Assembly: GCA_019057635.1 (NCBI GenBank)
Contig: DXJL01000099.1
Coordinates: 1-48,567 of the forward strand
Origin: Candidatus Heimdallarchaeota archaeon
Lineage (GTDB): Archaea > Asgardarchaeota > Heimdallarchaeia > Hodarchaeales > Hodarchaeaceae
Direction: 5' to 3'
DNA: 48,567 nucleotides
A program made the translations under genes and the position numbers. Each line of letters opens with the position of its first letter. Within the stretch, counting starts at the first letter, position 1. This document shows, one piece after another, positions 19,739-29,527 of the stretch. Below the pieces are notes generated by a model. It was not told where the DNA came from. It saw only the letters and a list, made by a program, of their open reading frames with translations, and searched no databases.

Positions 19739-20692
19739 GTGAAAGAATTTCCAAGAAAGCGTATTCCAATAGTTATTGTCGGGCTAGAGTTTGCAGGTAA
19801 AACATCGTTTGTATTACGGCTTCAAACTGGTGAATTTAGAAGTACACTTCCGACATCAGGACTCGATACAGAAATTTTGGAAATTCAAGATACAATTTTT
19901 CAGCTATTTGATTTAGGGGGACACAAACGTTTCCGACAGATGTTCTGGAAAGAGTATGTAAAACTTTCACAAGGAATCGTCTTTATGATTGATTCCAGCG
20001 ATCTTGAAAAACTTAACGACGCGGTGGAGTGGCTTTGGAAATGTTTAGAATGGAATCCAGAAGCTCCTCTCATGATCTTGGCCAATAAAGCCGATTTAAC
20101 TCATATAGAACTACCAAAATTGATTGATAAGGTCAATCTTCGGAAATTACCTCATCAAAGCCCCACACGATCGTTCCAAATATTTGAAATTTCTGTAAAG
20201 ACTGGGAAGAATATCGGTCGTGCATTAAATTGGTTTTCTCAAAAAATTGCTATTTCTATGTCAAAGAAATTTATAAAACTTGAAGGAATATATCTATTTC
20301 TCCGTACAGGAGTTCCTATAGTTTCTCATTTATTCATGAATCAACCTGAAGAGTCTATGAGTAATGACATTGTACCAGGATTTTTAAATGCGATTGATGA
20401 ATTTGCAAGTGGCATGATGGGAAGTGGTGAAGGCTTAAATTCTATATCGACAGAAAATTATTCCATAGTAATGGTTAAACGGGACACACTTCTATGTGCA
20501 ATTATTACAGATAAAAATTCGGATCTTTCAATTGCTCGAATGGTAGCTGAATCAGTAGTCAACCACCTCGAGAATGCTTTCCCGTACCAACTATCCAAAT
20601 ATCTTGTGGATGGAAAGTATCTCTTTCCAAAGAATTTTGTTGTAGATTATCTTCAACAGGAATTTAATGAGAATGTAGTTTTTTCTACTTGA
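19739..20692 (+). CDS. Arf/Sar-family small GTPase fused to a C-terminal longin/roadblock-like domain
   Basis: GLEFAGKT, PTSG, FDLGGH, NKAD, SVK; C-terminal GIYLF..TGVPIVS...IVPGFLNAIDEFA. Confidence 0.85.
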   Translation: MKEFPRKRIPIVIVGLEFAGKTSFVLRLQTGEFRSTLPTSGLDTEILEIQDTIFQLFDLGGHKRFRQMFWKEYVKLSQGIVFMIDSSDLEKLNDAVEWLWKCLEWNPEAPLMILANKADLTHIELPKLIDKVNLRKLPHQSPTRSFQIFEISVKTGKNIGRALNWFSQKIAISMSKKFIKLEGIYLFLRTGVPIVSHLFMNQPEESMSNDIVPGFLNAIDEFASGMMGSGEGLNSISTENYSIVMVKRDTLLCAIITDKNSDLSIARMVAESVVNHLENAFPYQLSKYLVDGKYLFPKNFVVDYLQQEFNENVVFST

Positions 20693-21557
20693 GATGGAGC
20701 CATTGTTCGGTGTTATACTTCGTTTCTGCTAGTTGTTCAGAAAGTTTTAGCTCTTCAGTTGTTAATTCCCCCAATAAAAATGTTGCAGGATAGTTTGTCA
20801 ATAAATCTTCAGAAATAAATTCTGCTAACATGTGCGGAGTCATTGGTTTCTTTATTTGTTCTGATATTGTAGTAATCTTTTGATAGACAGATGCGACCAT
20901 GTGTTTTTTTGTTCTTCCTGGTCGAGCTTTCAGAACAGAATACATGAGTTCGGGGTTATAATCGATGAGGATCGTACCATGTTGGAGAATTACGTTTCCT
21001 GATCGGGCTTGCGCATTTCCAGAGAGTTTTTTTCCTTTACTGAAAACAGATGGACAATGAATCTGATTATAATCGATAGTTATACCAAGTTTAGATAATG
21101 GAGAGAATAATAGGTCTACAATCTCATAATAACTTGCTTCAATAGATTTACTGGATACCTGATTTTTTGTAGTCACTACAGAATAGGTTAATTCTCCCTT
21201 AGAGTCATGAAAAACTGCTCCTCCGCCAGATATACGTCTAACCGCTTGAAAATTGTATTTTTTGACCATGGAAAGATTAATCTCATCATCCAAGCATTGG
21301 TGGTGACCTATAGAGACTGTACTTGGGTACCAACTGTACAAGCGTAGAGTATTAATTTTAAGTTTTTTGTATAACTGGTAAATTGCTTCATCAACAGCCA
21401 TGTTGAGATAAGCATCATTTCGGGAATAAGGAATGATACGCCAGGAGAGATCTTGTATTTGTTCAGTCATTATGCTTCCCAATGAAGAAATCGACCGATA
21501 GTAAGGCTCATCTTTTGAATTAAAATTAGTTCTGAACCGATAAAAGAAATGGTTCAA
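20685..21557 (-). CDS. Lipoate-protein ligase family (LplA/LipM-like); real start probably MTEQ at 21470
   Basis: NMAVDEA, RRISGGGAVFHD, KKLSGNAQ, LQHGT. Confidence 0.9.
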   Translation of the reverse strand: MNHFFYRFRTNFNSKDEPYYRSISSLGSIMTEQIQDLSWRIIPYSRNDAYLNMAVDEAIYQLYKKLKINTLRLYSWYPSTVSIGHHQCLDDEINLSMVKKYNFQAVRRISGGGAVFHDSKGELTYSVVTTKNQVSSKSIEASYYEIVDLLFSPLSKLGITIDYNQIHCPSVFSKGKKLSGNAQARSGNVILQHGTILIDYNPELMYSVLKARPGRTKKHMVASVYQKITTISEQIKKPMTPHMLAEFISEDLLTNYPATFLLGELTTEELKLSEQLAETKYNTEQWLHLK

Positions 21558-22307
21558 CTATTGTTTTCCAAAAACAATTGGTTTATCTGCCTTAATTGAA
21601 ATACCCTTATCAGTTATCGCATAAGGATGAATTCGCTTCGAATGTTTCATCCCTCTCATCTTCAGAATTTCGATAGCTCTTTCACGTGATGAATTGATCA
21701 GCATATATTGTAGGTTAATTACACCATATGCTAGGAAGTCCTCAGTGGAGAATTGTGGATTATGTGGATCGGTAACAGAATCATCGGTGTTTTCATAGAC
21801 CGCGAGGGTTGTACACTTCTCTTGCCATAAGATGCCAATCACTCTATGTAGTTCTTTTCGTACTTCAAATAAATCACGGAAGAGTAAAGAGAAAGTATTT
21901 AGCGGATCAATCACTAATCTGTTTACTCCTAGCCTTCTCACTTCATCAATAATTTTTTGGGTGACATAATCCAGAGAGGCTTCTCGTAATCGACTAGCTT
22001 GCTGCATTATACCCATTTCTGTGGAACTAAAATCTAAGACGGATAATTCTCCCATGTCTTGTAATCCTTGAAGATCCCAGCCATAATTACGCATAATTGC
22101 ATTCAAGGCCGGTAGAGGTTCATTAAAAGTAACTAGCAGTCCTGGGTCATTGTATTTGAGTATTCCTTCAAGTAAAAATTGAATAGCTAATGTTGTTTTT
22201 CCAACCCCAGCGCCTCCACGTAGTGCGATGAACCACCCAGCGGGAATTCCCCCACCGAGAATTTTGTCAAAATTTGTGATCCCTGTAGGTTTAACGTTTA
22301 ATGACAT
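21558..22307 (-). CDS. Single-domain KaiC/RAD55-like ATPase
   Basis: TGI..FDKILGGG, GGAGVGKT, RLVIDP, EILKMRG.KHS. Confidence 0.9.
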   Translation of the reverse strand: MSLNVKPTGITNFDKILGGGIPAGWFIALRGGAGVGKTTLAIQFLLEGILKYNDPGLLVTFNEPLPALNAIMRNYGWDLQGLQDMGELSVLDFSSTEMGIMQQASRLREASLDYVTQKIIDEVRRLGVNRLVIDPLNTFSLLFRDLFEVRKELHRVIGILWQEKCTTLAVYENTDDSVTDPHNPQFSTEDFLAYGVINLQYMLINSSRERAIEILKMRGMKHSKRIHPYAITDKGISIKADKPIVFGKQ

Positions 22308-22357
22308 AAAAAAACCTCAATATTCGAAACTGGGGATTAAGTAGTTAAAAGCCTTCT

Positions 22358-22555
22358 TTAATCAACTAATTTTTCATAAGGATCTTTAGCTGTTTCCTCT
22401 TCTGTTTGACCGACAGTGTAGACCTTGATCTTAACCATCTGGCCAGCTAAATTGAGTAATTCGACATCTTTCTTGCGAATTTTCAAATGGTACCCGTTTG
22501 CACATCGACTTACTTTTGTTGTGAATATTAATAGAGGATCGTCCTTTTTACTCAT
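22358..22555 (-). CDS. Small AbrB/DUF2080-like swapped-hairpin protein
   Basis: TKVSRCANGYHLKIRKK...LAGQMVKIKV pattern; GGTGA RBS upstream. Confidence 0.6.
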   Translation of the reverse strand: MSKKDDPLLIFTTKVSRCANGYHLKIRKKDVELLNLAGQMVKIKVYTVGQTEEETAKDPYEKLVD

Positions 22556-22757
22556 GATTACTCGGCTCTTTCACCGTTTGTAATTGAATTATCAGAATAC
22601 ACCTATAAATAGATTTATTTTCAAAAAAGTAGATTTCAAAGTAAGTATTGCTCCTAGGAAAACTTTTGTCATAATTAAGAAAACAGTTGATAGAACGTAC
22701 AATAACAAAGTAAAAAGTAACTCTCGAGAATTTTCAAGAAAGAAAAAGTTAGTTTTT

Positions 22758-23300
22758 TCATCTATTTCCTATTTTACTTCGTCTAGCATCAATATGGGCA
22801 ATAATATTTGTGGCTAGCTGAGTAAATGCTTCCTGAACATTTGTTCCATTAAGAGCAGATGTTTCGTAATACGTGGCATGGAATTTCTCGGCCTTTTCTG
22901 TTCCAGTCTCGTATTTAATGGCTCTTCGCTCCTCTAAATCAACTTTATTACCAAATAGCATAAGAGGAACTTCACCAGCCTTTTCCGTGAAATCTAAATG
23001 CCATTTATCAAGTTTAGCAAGGGTTTCAGGACGAGTTAAGTCATATACCATGATACCGCCGTGAGAGTGGAGGAAATATTGGGTACGAATATTTCGGAAG
23101 GAGTCCTGTCCTGATAGATCCCAAATTTGCATAGTCATACGTGTCTCGGCATCTAATTGTAATCTTTTTAATAAAAAGTTACTACCAACCGTAGTTTTAT
23201 AGTCATGGCTAAAAGCTTGCTCTACGAAGCGTCGGATAACCGATGTTTTTCCAACGCCTCCTTGGCCTAGTAAAATGACCTTGCAGCTATACATGACCAT
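22758..23300 (-). CDS. Rab-like small GTPase
   Basis: GQGGVGKT, YKTTVG, IWDLSGQ, GNKVD, ETSA; no C-terminal Cys. Confidence 0.92.
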   Translation of the reverse strand: MVMYSCKVILLGQGGVGKTSVIRRFVEQAFSHDYKTTVGSNFLLKRLQLDAETRMTMQIWDLSGQDSFRNIRTQYFLHSHGGIMVYDLTRPETLAKLDKWHLDFTEKAGEVPLMLFGNKVDLEERRAIKYETGTEKAEKFHATYYETSALNGTNVQEAFTQLATNIIAHIDARRSKIGNR

Positions 23301-23613
23301 GAGAATGACCTCTCTAACGAATTAAAAAAGTACTTAACAAATCGTACCTCAGCTAGTTGATTATTATTAATTAGCTATTTAGAATTTAAAAAGGTGTTAC
23401 TTCAATTAATATTTTCAGGATGTTAGATGGGGTTTAATATTTTTTTCCCTCCGTAACCTGAGGAAATTCTCACCGAATATCGTTCCCTTCGATTATAAAT
23501 TATAAGGAAGAAAAGCAATCATTGTAGGACTAGTTGTACCAAATCTGATTACCCTGTCATTAATATGTTCATCGCTTTAAAATAATAAACTAAGCGATGA
23601 CACTCGGATTAAG

Positions 23614-24858
23614 GTGCGATTTAACATGATATCTGAAGTAAAAAACAAAACTAAAACAGAAAAATGGGCTACATTAACAGTACTACTAGTTAGTACGTTA
23701 ACAGTGATGGCAACTGCCACTATAACCCCAGCAGTTCCTGAAATGGAACTATATTTTCAAAATATACCCAATATTCAACTATTCATTCGTCTAACTCTGA
23801 GTATCCCTGCTCTTGCTATAGCAATTGGATCTCCACTCGTAGGTGTAATCATAGATAAGTGGGGCCGAAAAAAACCGTTATTAGGGGCGGCATTTCTCTA
23901 TGGGTTAGCAGGAAGTTCGGGATTCTATTTAAATTCCCTTAATTTAATTTTCTTAAGTCGAATCTTTTTAGGATTAGCTGTTGCAGGGATCATGACAATT
24001 TCCACCACATTAGTGTTTGATTATTTTCAGGGTAGACGACGTGATAAAATATTAGGATATCAAGCAGCATTCATGGGATTTGGAGGAGTAATATTCATCA
24101 GCTTCGGAGGTTATTTAGCTACACTAAATTGGCATGCGCCATTTATAATTTATAGTTTTGCATGGGTTCTTATCCCAGGACTTCTAATGTTACCTGAACC
24201 AAAAGTTCTGAAGGACACAGAAGTCACCCAATCAGACCATTACTCCAATATTTCTAAGGAGAATCGGATTCCTTATGATAATATTATATTTGTGTATTTT
24301 CTGGCGTTCTTCTTTCAAATTGTATTCTTTTTTTTAATTGCAGAATTGCCTTTTTTACTAACAAACAAGTTACTACTGAACCCCGATTTGATAGGAATCG
24401 TACTCGCAACGTTGACTCTTTCCATGGGACTAATCTCGATAATGTATGGAAGGCTAAGTATGCGAATCAGTCTAACAAATATTTTCATTATAGGTTTCTC
24501 CTTTTTTGGTACTGGATTCTTCATAATTTCCTTAGCTTTAACAAGCTTGGAGATGATTCTTGGTTTATCCATTGCTGGTATGGGACTCGGATTATTGATA
24601 CCAAATTTATCTCGCCAGCTGGGGAAAGGCATCTCACAATCAATTAGAGGACGAGTTTTCAGTGGATTTACATCATTTTTATTTCTTGGCCAGTTTCTTT
24701 CCCCTATTGTGAGTCAAGTATTGCTTCAATTCATATCCTTGTCAGAATTATTTTTTATTGGTGGGACAGCTATGATACTGGTTGCTCTTCTAATTTCAAT
24801 GAAACAGTATTTACTTCCTCCCCACAAAGAAGAATTAGATGCTAAATCGATTGTTTAG
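23614..24858 (+). CDS. MFS transporter
   Basis: GVIIDKWGRK motif A, 12 TM. Confidence 0.9.
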   Translation: MRFNMISEVKNKTKTEKWATLTVLLVSTLTVMATATITPAVPEMELYFQNIPNIQLFIRLTLSIPALAIAIGSPLVGVIIDKWGRKKPLLGAAFLYGLAGSSGFYLNSLNLIFLSRIFLGLAVAGIMTISTTLVFDYFQGRRRDKILGYQAAFMGFGGVIFISFGGYLATLNWHAPFIIYSFAWVLIPGLLMLPEPKVLKDTEVTQSDHYSNISKENRIPYDNIIFVYFLAFFFQIVFFFLIAELPFLLTNKLLLNPDLIGIVLATLTLSMGLISIMYGRLSMRISLTNIFIIGFSFFGTGFFIISLALTSLEMILGLSIAGMGLGLLIPNLSRQLGKGISQSIRGRVFSGFTSFLFLGQFLSPIVSQVLLQFISLSELFFIGGTAMILVALLISMKQYLLPPHKEELDAKSIV

Positions 24859-24962
24859 TAGATCTCAAAAGTGGTAAAAGATAATAATAAAAATTTCCCT
24901 CTGTAGTGGAAATACATCTAATTGATATCTTCCATATTAACACTAAGTAAGAAGGTCTTACA

Positions 24963-26264
24963 TTGAGTTTTGAATCCATTAAAACACTTTCAGACAAAAT
25001 TGGTGAACAGGTATCTGTACGCGGGTGGTTACATCATGTTAGGAGACAGGGAAAGCTTACTTTTCTTGTCATTCGTGATAACACTGGTTATATTCAATCA
25101 GTTGTAAAACCCGCTAGTGGTGAAGCAGCAACAACAGTTGCAAGTAAATTAACTCGTGAAACAGCAGTCACAGCACAAGGAGTGGTGAAAGAAGACAAAC
25201 GCGCTCCTTATAGTGGATTAGAACTTCAAATAAATAATATCTCGGCAGTAATAGATTATGCCTCGCCTGAATTAGAACATGAAATACGCCCAGATTCAGG
25301 ACCTCAAGTATTATTAAACAAACGTCATCTTGTATTACGCGGTGAACAAGCTTCAGATATCATGCGATTCCGTGATATGATGGCCAGAAGCTTCAGGAAA
25401 TTTTTCTTTTTACGAGAATTTGTGGAGGTAACACCAAGTACAATAGTTCAAACTCAGGTTGAAGGCGGATCCACACTCTTCAGCTTTAAATATTTTGAAC
25501 AAGAGGCGTATCTTACTCAGTCTAGTCAGTTGTATCTAGAAACACTATTGCCAAGTTTGGGTAATGTTTTTTGTGTCCTTCCCTCATTTAGGGCCGAAAA
25601 ATCGCGTACAAGAAGACACTTAACTGAATATACACATATTGAAGCAGAAATGCCGTGGTTTGAATTTGAGGATTTACTTGACTTCATAGAAGATATGATG
25701 ATCCATGTTTATTCGAGAGCAGAAGAGTCGCCTATAGTATCAAAGCTTAATCAGAAGGTGAATATTCCAGAGAAACCTTTTGAAAGAGTATCATATGAGA
25801 AGGCAATTGATCAATTAAGAGAATTTGATATTAAAGGGGAATCAGGTAAGTTCCTTGAATATGGAGAAGACCTAACAGAAGGACCCGAAAGGATGTTGGT
25901 TGATAAAATTGGTAAACCTACTTTTCTAACCCATTTCCCTGTAGGAATGAAACCATTTTATATGAAACTCAATGAATCCAATCCTGAAGTGATGAATGCA
26001 GCCGATCTTCTCATCCCAAATGTTGGTGAAATAATAGGTGCCTCACAAAGAGAAGATGATTATGATGCGTTATTAAACCGTATGAAAGACGAAGGTTTGG
26101 ATCCAAGTCCCTACTATTGGTATTTGGATCAACGGAAATATGGCACAGTCCCTCATTCGGGCTTTGGTTTGGGATTAGAGAGATTTATACAAGCAGTATT
26201 GAATTTGGATCACATTCGAGAAGCATGTTTATATCCCCGATTGATAAATCGAGCCACTCCCTAG
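24963..26264 (+). CDS. asnS: Asparaginyl-tRNA synthetase
   Basis: OB-fold N-terminus, AYLTQSSQLYLE, FRAEKSRTRRHLTEY, GEIIGASQRE, GFGLGLER. Confidence 0.93.
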   Translation: MSFESIKTLSDKIGEQVSVRGWLHHVRRQGKLTFLVIRDNTGYIQSVVKPASGEAATTVASKLTRETAVTAQGVVKEDKRAPYSGLELQINNISAVIDYASPELEHEIRPDSGPQVLLNKRHLVLRGEQASDIMRFRDMMARSFRKFFFLREFVEVTPSTIVQTQVEGGSTLFSFKYFEQEAYLTQSSQLYLETLLPSLGNVFCVLPSFRAEKSRTRRHLTEYTHIEAEMPWFEFEDLLDFIEDMMIHVYSRAEESPIVSKLNQKVNIPEKPFERVSYEKAIDQLREFDIKGESGKFLEYGEDLTEGPERMLVDKIGKPTFLTHFPVGMKPFYMKLNESNPEVMNAADLLIPNVGEIIGASQREDDYDALLNRMKDEGLDPSPYYWYLDQRKYGTVPHSGFGLGLERFIQAVLNLDHIREACLYPRLINRATP

Positions 26265-26284
26265 CGCTTACAATGGGTATATCC

Positions 26285-28075
26285 TTAATCAACAGGCAAG
26301 AGTTTTGTTATAATCTTCCCGCAGGCTTCACATTTTTCAGGGGTTTTATTACGATCCTTAACCTCAAATACGTCGTTACAGCTGGTACATTTCCATTGAG
26401 AGGGTATGATTAGTTCCGATTCAATCTGAAGAATGATTGCTGTAAATTTATTCAACAATTGATCTGCTTTAGAGGTTACACTCCCAATATCGCTAGCTTT
26501 ACGTAATTCTTGGGGTGATTCAGAATCTTTTAGAGGATCAATATCAAGTATAAGATTGTCGATTGTAGCTTGGATATCACCGTAGTTGGGTAATGCCTCA
26601 ATCACATTTCTCTCTGTAATCCATGCAATAATAACTAAGAAATGATCCATCAATTCGTACGTGTCAGAAACAGCCGCTTCTTTCGAGACACTGTCAGGTA
26701 GCTTCTGAATAGTTAGAAAAAGTTGCTCAAAAAGGGGTTTCAAATCTGGTTGTAGTTTTAACTGGATATACAAGCGAAATATTGTCAAATAATGTGAAAA
26801 TTGCTTATCGGGGTCAGCTTTCGACATTATAGCGGTCGTTATGTCCCGAATTTGATCTGAAGGACAATCATGAGGAGATGTCGTTTCTCCAATCGGAGTT
26901 TTCCAACGGGATAAAATGACAATCTGTTTACCTCTGGCATAATCGAGATCTACATATTCCTGGGATTTATGCGTTAAACATTCAAAATAAGAGAAATTCG
27001 ACTTGTCATCTTCTGCAACAAGATGATCCGTACCTGCTTGACAATAACCACATTGCTCAATCGATTCCTCTTCCGAGCGATTAGTTTTACCACACGCGAT
27101 ACAATAAATATAGGTGTACTCTGTGGTGAACTTACCAAAAGTACCAGTCCCTGATACTTGAGAATCGTCCGCGGAGCGACGCATCCGGGCAAATAGTGAA
27201 TCGTCTTCATCTAACATTGCAGTAAGGGATGAGCCAAGACCTTCTGCCGCTTCTGCTCGCGCCTTTTCCTCTTCTTTCTTTTTCAGATACTCCTCTCTCT
27301 CCTCGGGAGACATCTTATCAATCATTTTCAGCTCTTTTACACGGTTTTGGATTCTACCCCTATCAACAGGGATTAAAGCCTCCAAGAAGTCAGGAGGGAG
27401 AGCTGTTATTTCTTCCATACTCATTTCTTCAAAATCTGTTCTTAATGCAGACATTGTACCGGCAGGTACAGTACTAGTGGGTATCATAATACTTCCTGGA
27501 GGAGGTGGTGGAGGAGGTGCCCCTCCAACCATGAGACGAGGTGGAGGGGGCGCTGAACTAGCTTGAATTTGGACTGCTTGGAGATTTCTTTGAATAGATG
27601 ACATTATTCTACGTTCTAATTCATCTAAAAATCCTGCGGTTTGTTCAAACTTAATTTTTTGATCTGCACGAAGTTTCTCTTGTTTTTCTAACGTTTTTCG
27701 GACTTCAGTAAGTAGATGTTCGGTCATAGCATCTAGACGCGGGAATAGATATTGGATAACATCATACATAATCCACTGCTCAACCTCTCCAAATTTCTTA
27801 AAGGGCTCTGGGCTTAACGCTCTGAGAGCTGGATATATTTCATTAGTATCCAAATTTCTTTGAGCCCATGACCAGATAGTGGATTTTTTCTTACGATCTC
27901 CCAGTAAATCTTCCGCTATTCGCTCAAAAGTTTGATTATCTAATCTACGCTGCACTAATTCGGTTTTTCGATCTTCTCTACTCAAAGAATACCATATGGC
28001 GTCAGCAGTAGTCATGGTGGTCATTTCGAAAAAGTAGTCGAGATTATTTATGTACGGACAATAAACATTGTTCAT
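26285..28075 (-). CDS. Multidomain protein: HTH, coiled coil, polyproline tract, charged helix, two zinc ribbons (start probably 28024 or 28015)
   Basis: TFERIAEDL...STIWSW, APPPPRLMVGGAPPPPPPPG, CIACG..CGYC, CTSC..CEACG. Confidence 0.85.
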   Translation of the reverse strand: MNNVYCPYINNLDYFFEMTTMTTADAIWYSLSREDRKTELVQRRLDNQTFERIAEDLLGDRKKKSTIWSWAQRNLDTNEIYPALRALSPEPFKKFGEVEQWIMYDVIQYLFPRLDAMTEHLLTEVRKTLEKQEKLRADQKIKFEQTAGFLDELERRIMSSIQRNLQAVQIQASSAPPPPRLMVGGAPPPPPPPGSIMIPTSTVPAGTMSALRTDFEEMSMEEITALPPDFLEALIPVDRGRIQNRVKELKMIDKMSPEEREEYLKKKEEEKARAEAAEGLGSSLTAMLDEDDSLFARMRRSADDSQVSGTGTFGKFTTEYTYIYCIACGKTNRSEEESIEQCGYCQAGTDHLVAEDDKSNFSYFECLTHKSQEYVDLDYARGKQIVILSRWKTPIGETTSPHDCPSDQIRDITTAIMSKADPDKQFSHYLTIFRLYIQLKLQPDLKPLFEQLFLTIQKLPDSVSKEAAVSDTYELMDHFLVIIAWITERNVIEALPNYGDIQATIDNLILDIDPLKDSESPQELRKASDIGSVTSKADQLLNKFTAIILQIESELIIPSQWKCTSCNDVFEVKDRNKTPEKCEACGKIITKLLPVD

Positions 28076-28100
28076 ATAAACGTATACATATTGTTCATAT
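28067..28100 (-). promoter_or_regulatory. Direct repeat ATTGTTCATAT x2 around a TATA-like box upstream of the polyproline gene
   Basis: 11 bp perfect copies at 28067-28077 and 28090-28100; TTTATA on the minus strand at 28075-28080. Confidence 0.4.
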
Positions 28101-28325
28101 GGTAAGACTGAAAAAACATCATTAGATCGAGGTCAATCGGTTGATTGTCGTAACTCTATCAAAATCTGAATCAAATGAAGCAATTCGATTAATGTTTAAA
28201 ACTCGCATGATTAAATTTGTCTGACAACGGGTATTGATAAGTACAGATCATGAGGAAAAAGGGGTCATTTTCGTCACATTTGTTATTTTCACTGATCTTT
28301 CTCTGTCTCGAGCTTATAAGAGCGA

Positions 28326-29527
28326 GTGAACCTTCTTGGAATGGGAATGCGTACCAAGAAACACTCTCACCCCCAGTTAGCTATCCGAATGCAGATGAAA
28401 CCGCGGCCCATTTTTACGGATTTGTGCACCTGCGCCAAAAATCTGTATAATCGCGCCACCTATGAGGTACGCCAGGAATTCTTTAAGACGGGGAAATGGA
28501 TACAATATACGAGCTTGTATCATCGCCTTAAACACGAACCAGTGTATCTAGCATTAAAGGACATTTCGGATAGTTATTTACCGCAACAAGTCCTCCGACA
28601 GGTAGAACAAATCTGGCGGAGCTTTTTCAATGGACTGAAGGCATGGAAAACCGATCCGACCAAATTTCAGACCCGGCCCCGAGCGCCCAGGTATAAACCC
28701 AAGAATGGGCTACACATGCTGAACTTTCCCCGCCCACGGGTGCGAATTCGGGAGAAACAGATTCTTTTTGCGAGGAATCTCATGGCACGCGGCTTTCCAA
28801 CTTTTTCGCTGGGAACCCTTCCATTAACGGTAGAAACATGTGTGGGCGCTCGATTGGTACCGTATTATGATCTATTTGTGGTAGAAATCCTCTATGAAGT
28901 GCAAGTTCACCCTTTTCCCGCTTCTGATTCGTCTTCTCCCCGAGCTATGGGAATAGATCTCGGGCTTAACAACCTCGTAACTACGTCAGACGGCTTACTC
29001 GTCAAAGGCGGGGTGGGGAAGACCATTAATCAGTGGTATAACAAACAACTTGCCCATTATCGATCGCTAGCAACCACTCATAGGCAACAGTTTACCACTC
29101 GCCGGATTCAAGGTCTTCAGCGAGTGCGGATGAACCGCCTTCAGAATTTCTTCCATCAAACCTCCAGGAGGATTATCACTAACTGTTTACAGCACAATAT
29201 CGATACATTAGTCATCGGTTACAATGCGAGGTGGAAACAGCACTGTAACTTAGGAAAGCGCACCAATCAGTCTTTTGTTCAAATCCCCTTCTTCAAATTT
29301 ATTAATATGCTCGAGTATAAAGCGAAACTTGTTGGGATGACGGTACTGCGCGTAAATGTGGTTATCACCTTAATGCTGATTATAATACTGCCTGTAATAT
29401 CCTTCAGTGGTATATTAACAGCTGCCAAGTAATCCCTACAGTCAGTTTACCTTCAGTGGTGGCTCACTTGCCGGATAGCGGATGTGTGACTCGTCCTGTC
29501 CAGAACTCTTTTTCCAGAGTTGTCTGA
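28326..29527 (+). pseudogene. tnpB: TnpB RNA-guided endonuclease, internally deleted and frameshifted
   Basis: AKNLYN, RuvC-I GIDLGLNNL, LEYKA; after VLRVN the frame loses the zinc finger, while CGYHLNADYNTACNI (RuvC-III) continues in another frame from 29357 to TGA at 29527. Confidence 0.9.

Noticed and set aside
22584-22817. 77 aa plus-strand ORF
   Set aside because: AT-rich promoter region with a TTG start, antisense to its neighbours.
28250-28450. 66 aa ORF at the left end of the TnpB element as a possible TnpA
   Set aside because: No HUH/Y1 or serine-recombinase motif, and it overlaps tnpB out of frame.
29507-29518. Variable 12-13 nt apex read as a CRISPR spacer or self-targeting guide
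   Set aside because: There is no tandem repeat-spacer array, and I saw no exact match elsewhere in the window by eye (only 7-9 nt partial matches). Kept only as an alternative hypothesis in the findings.
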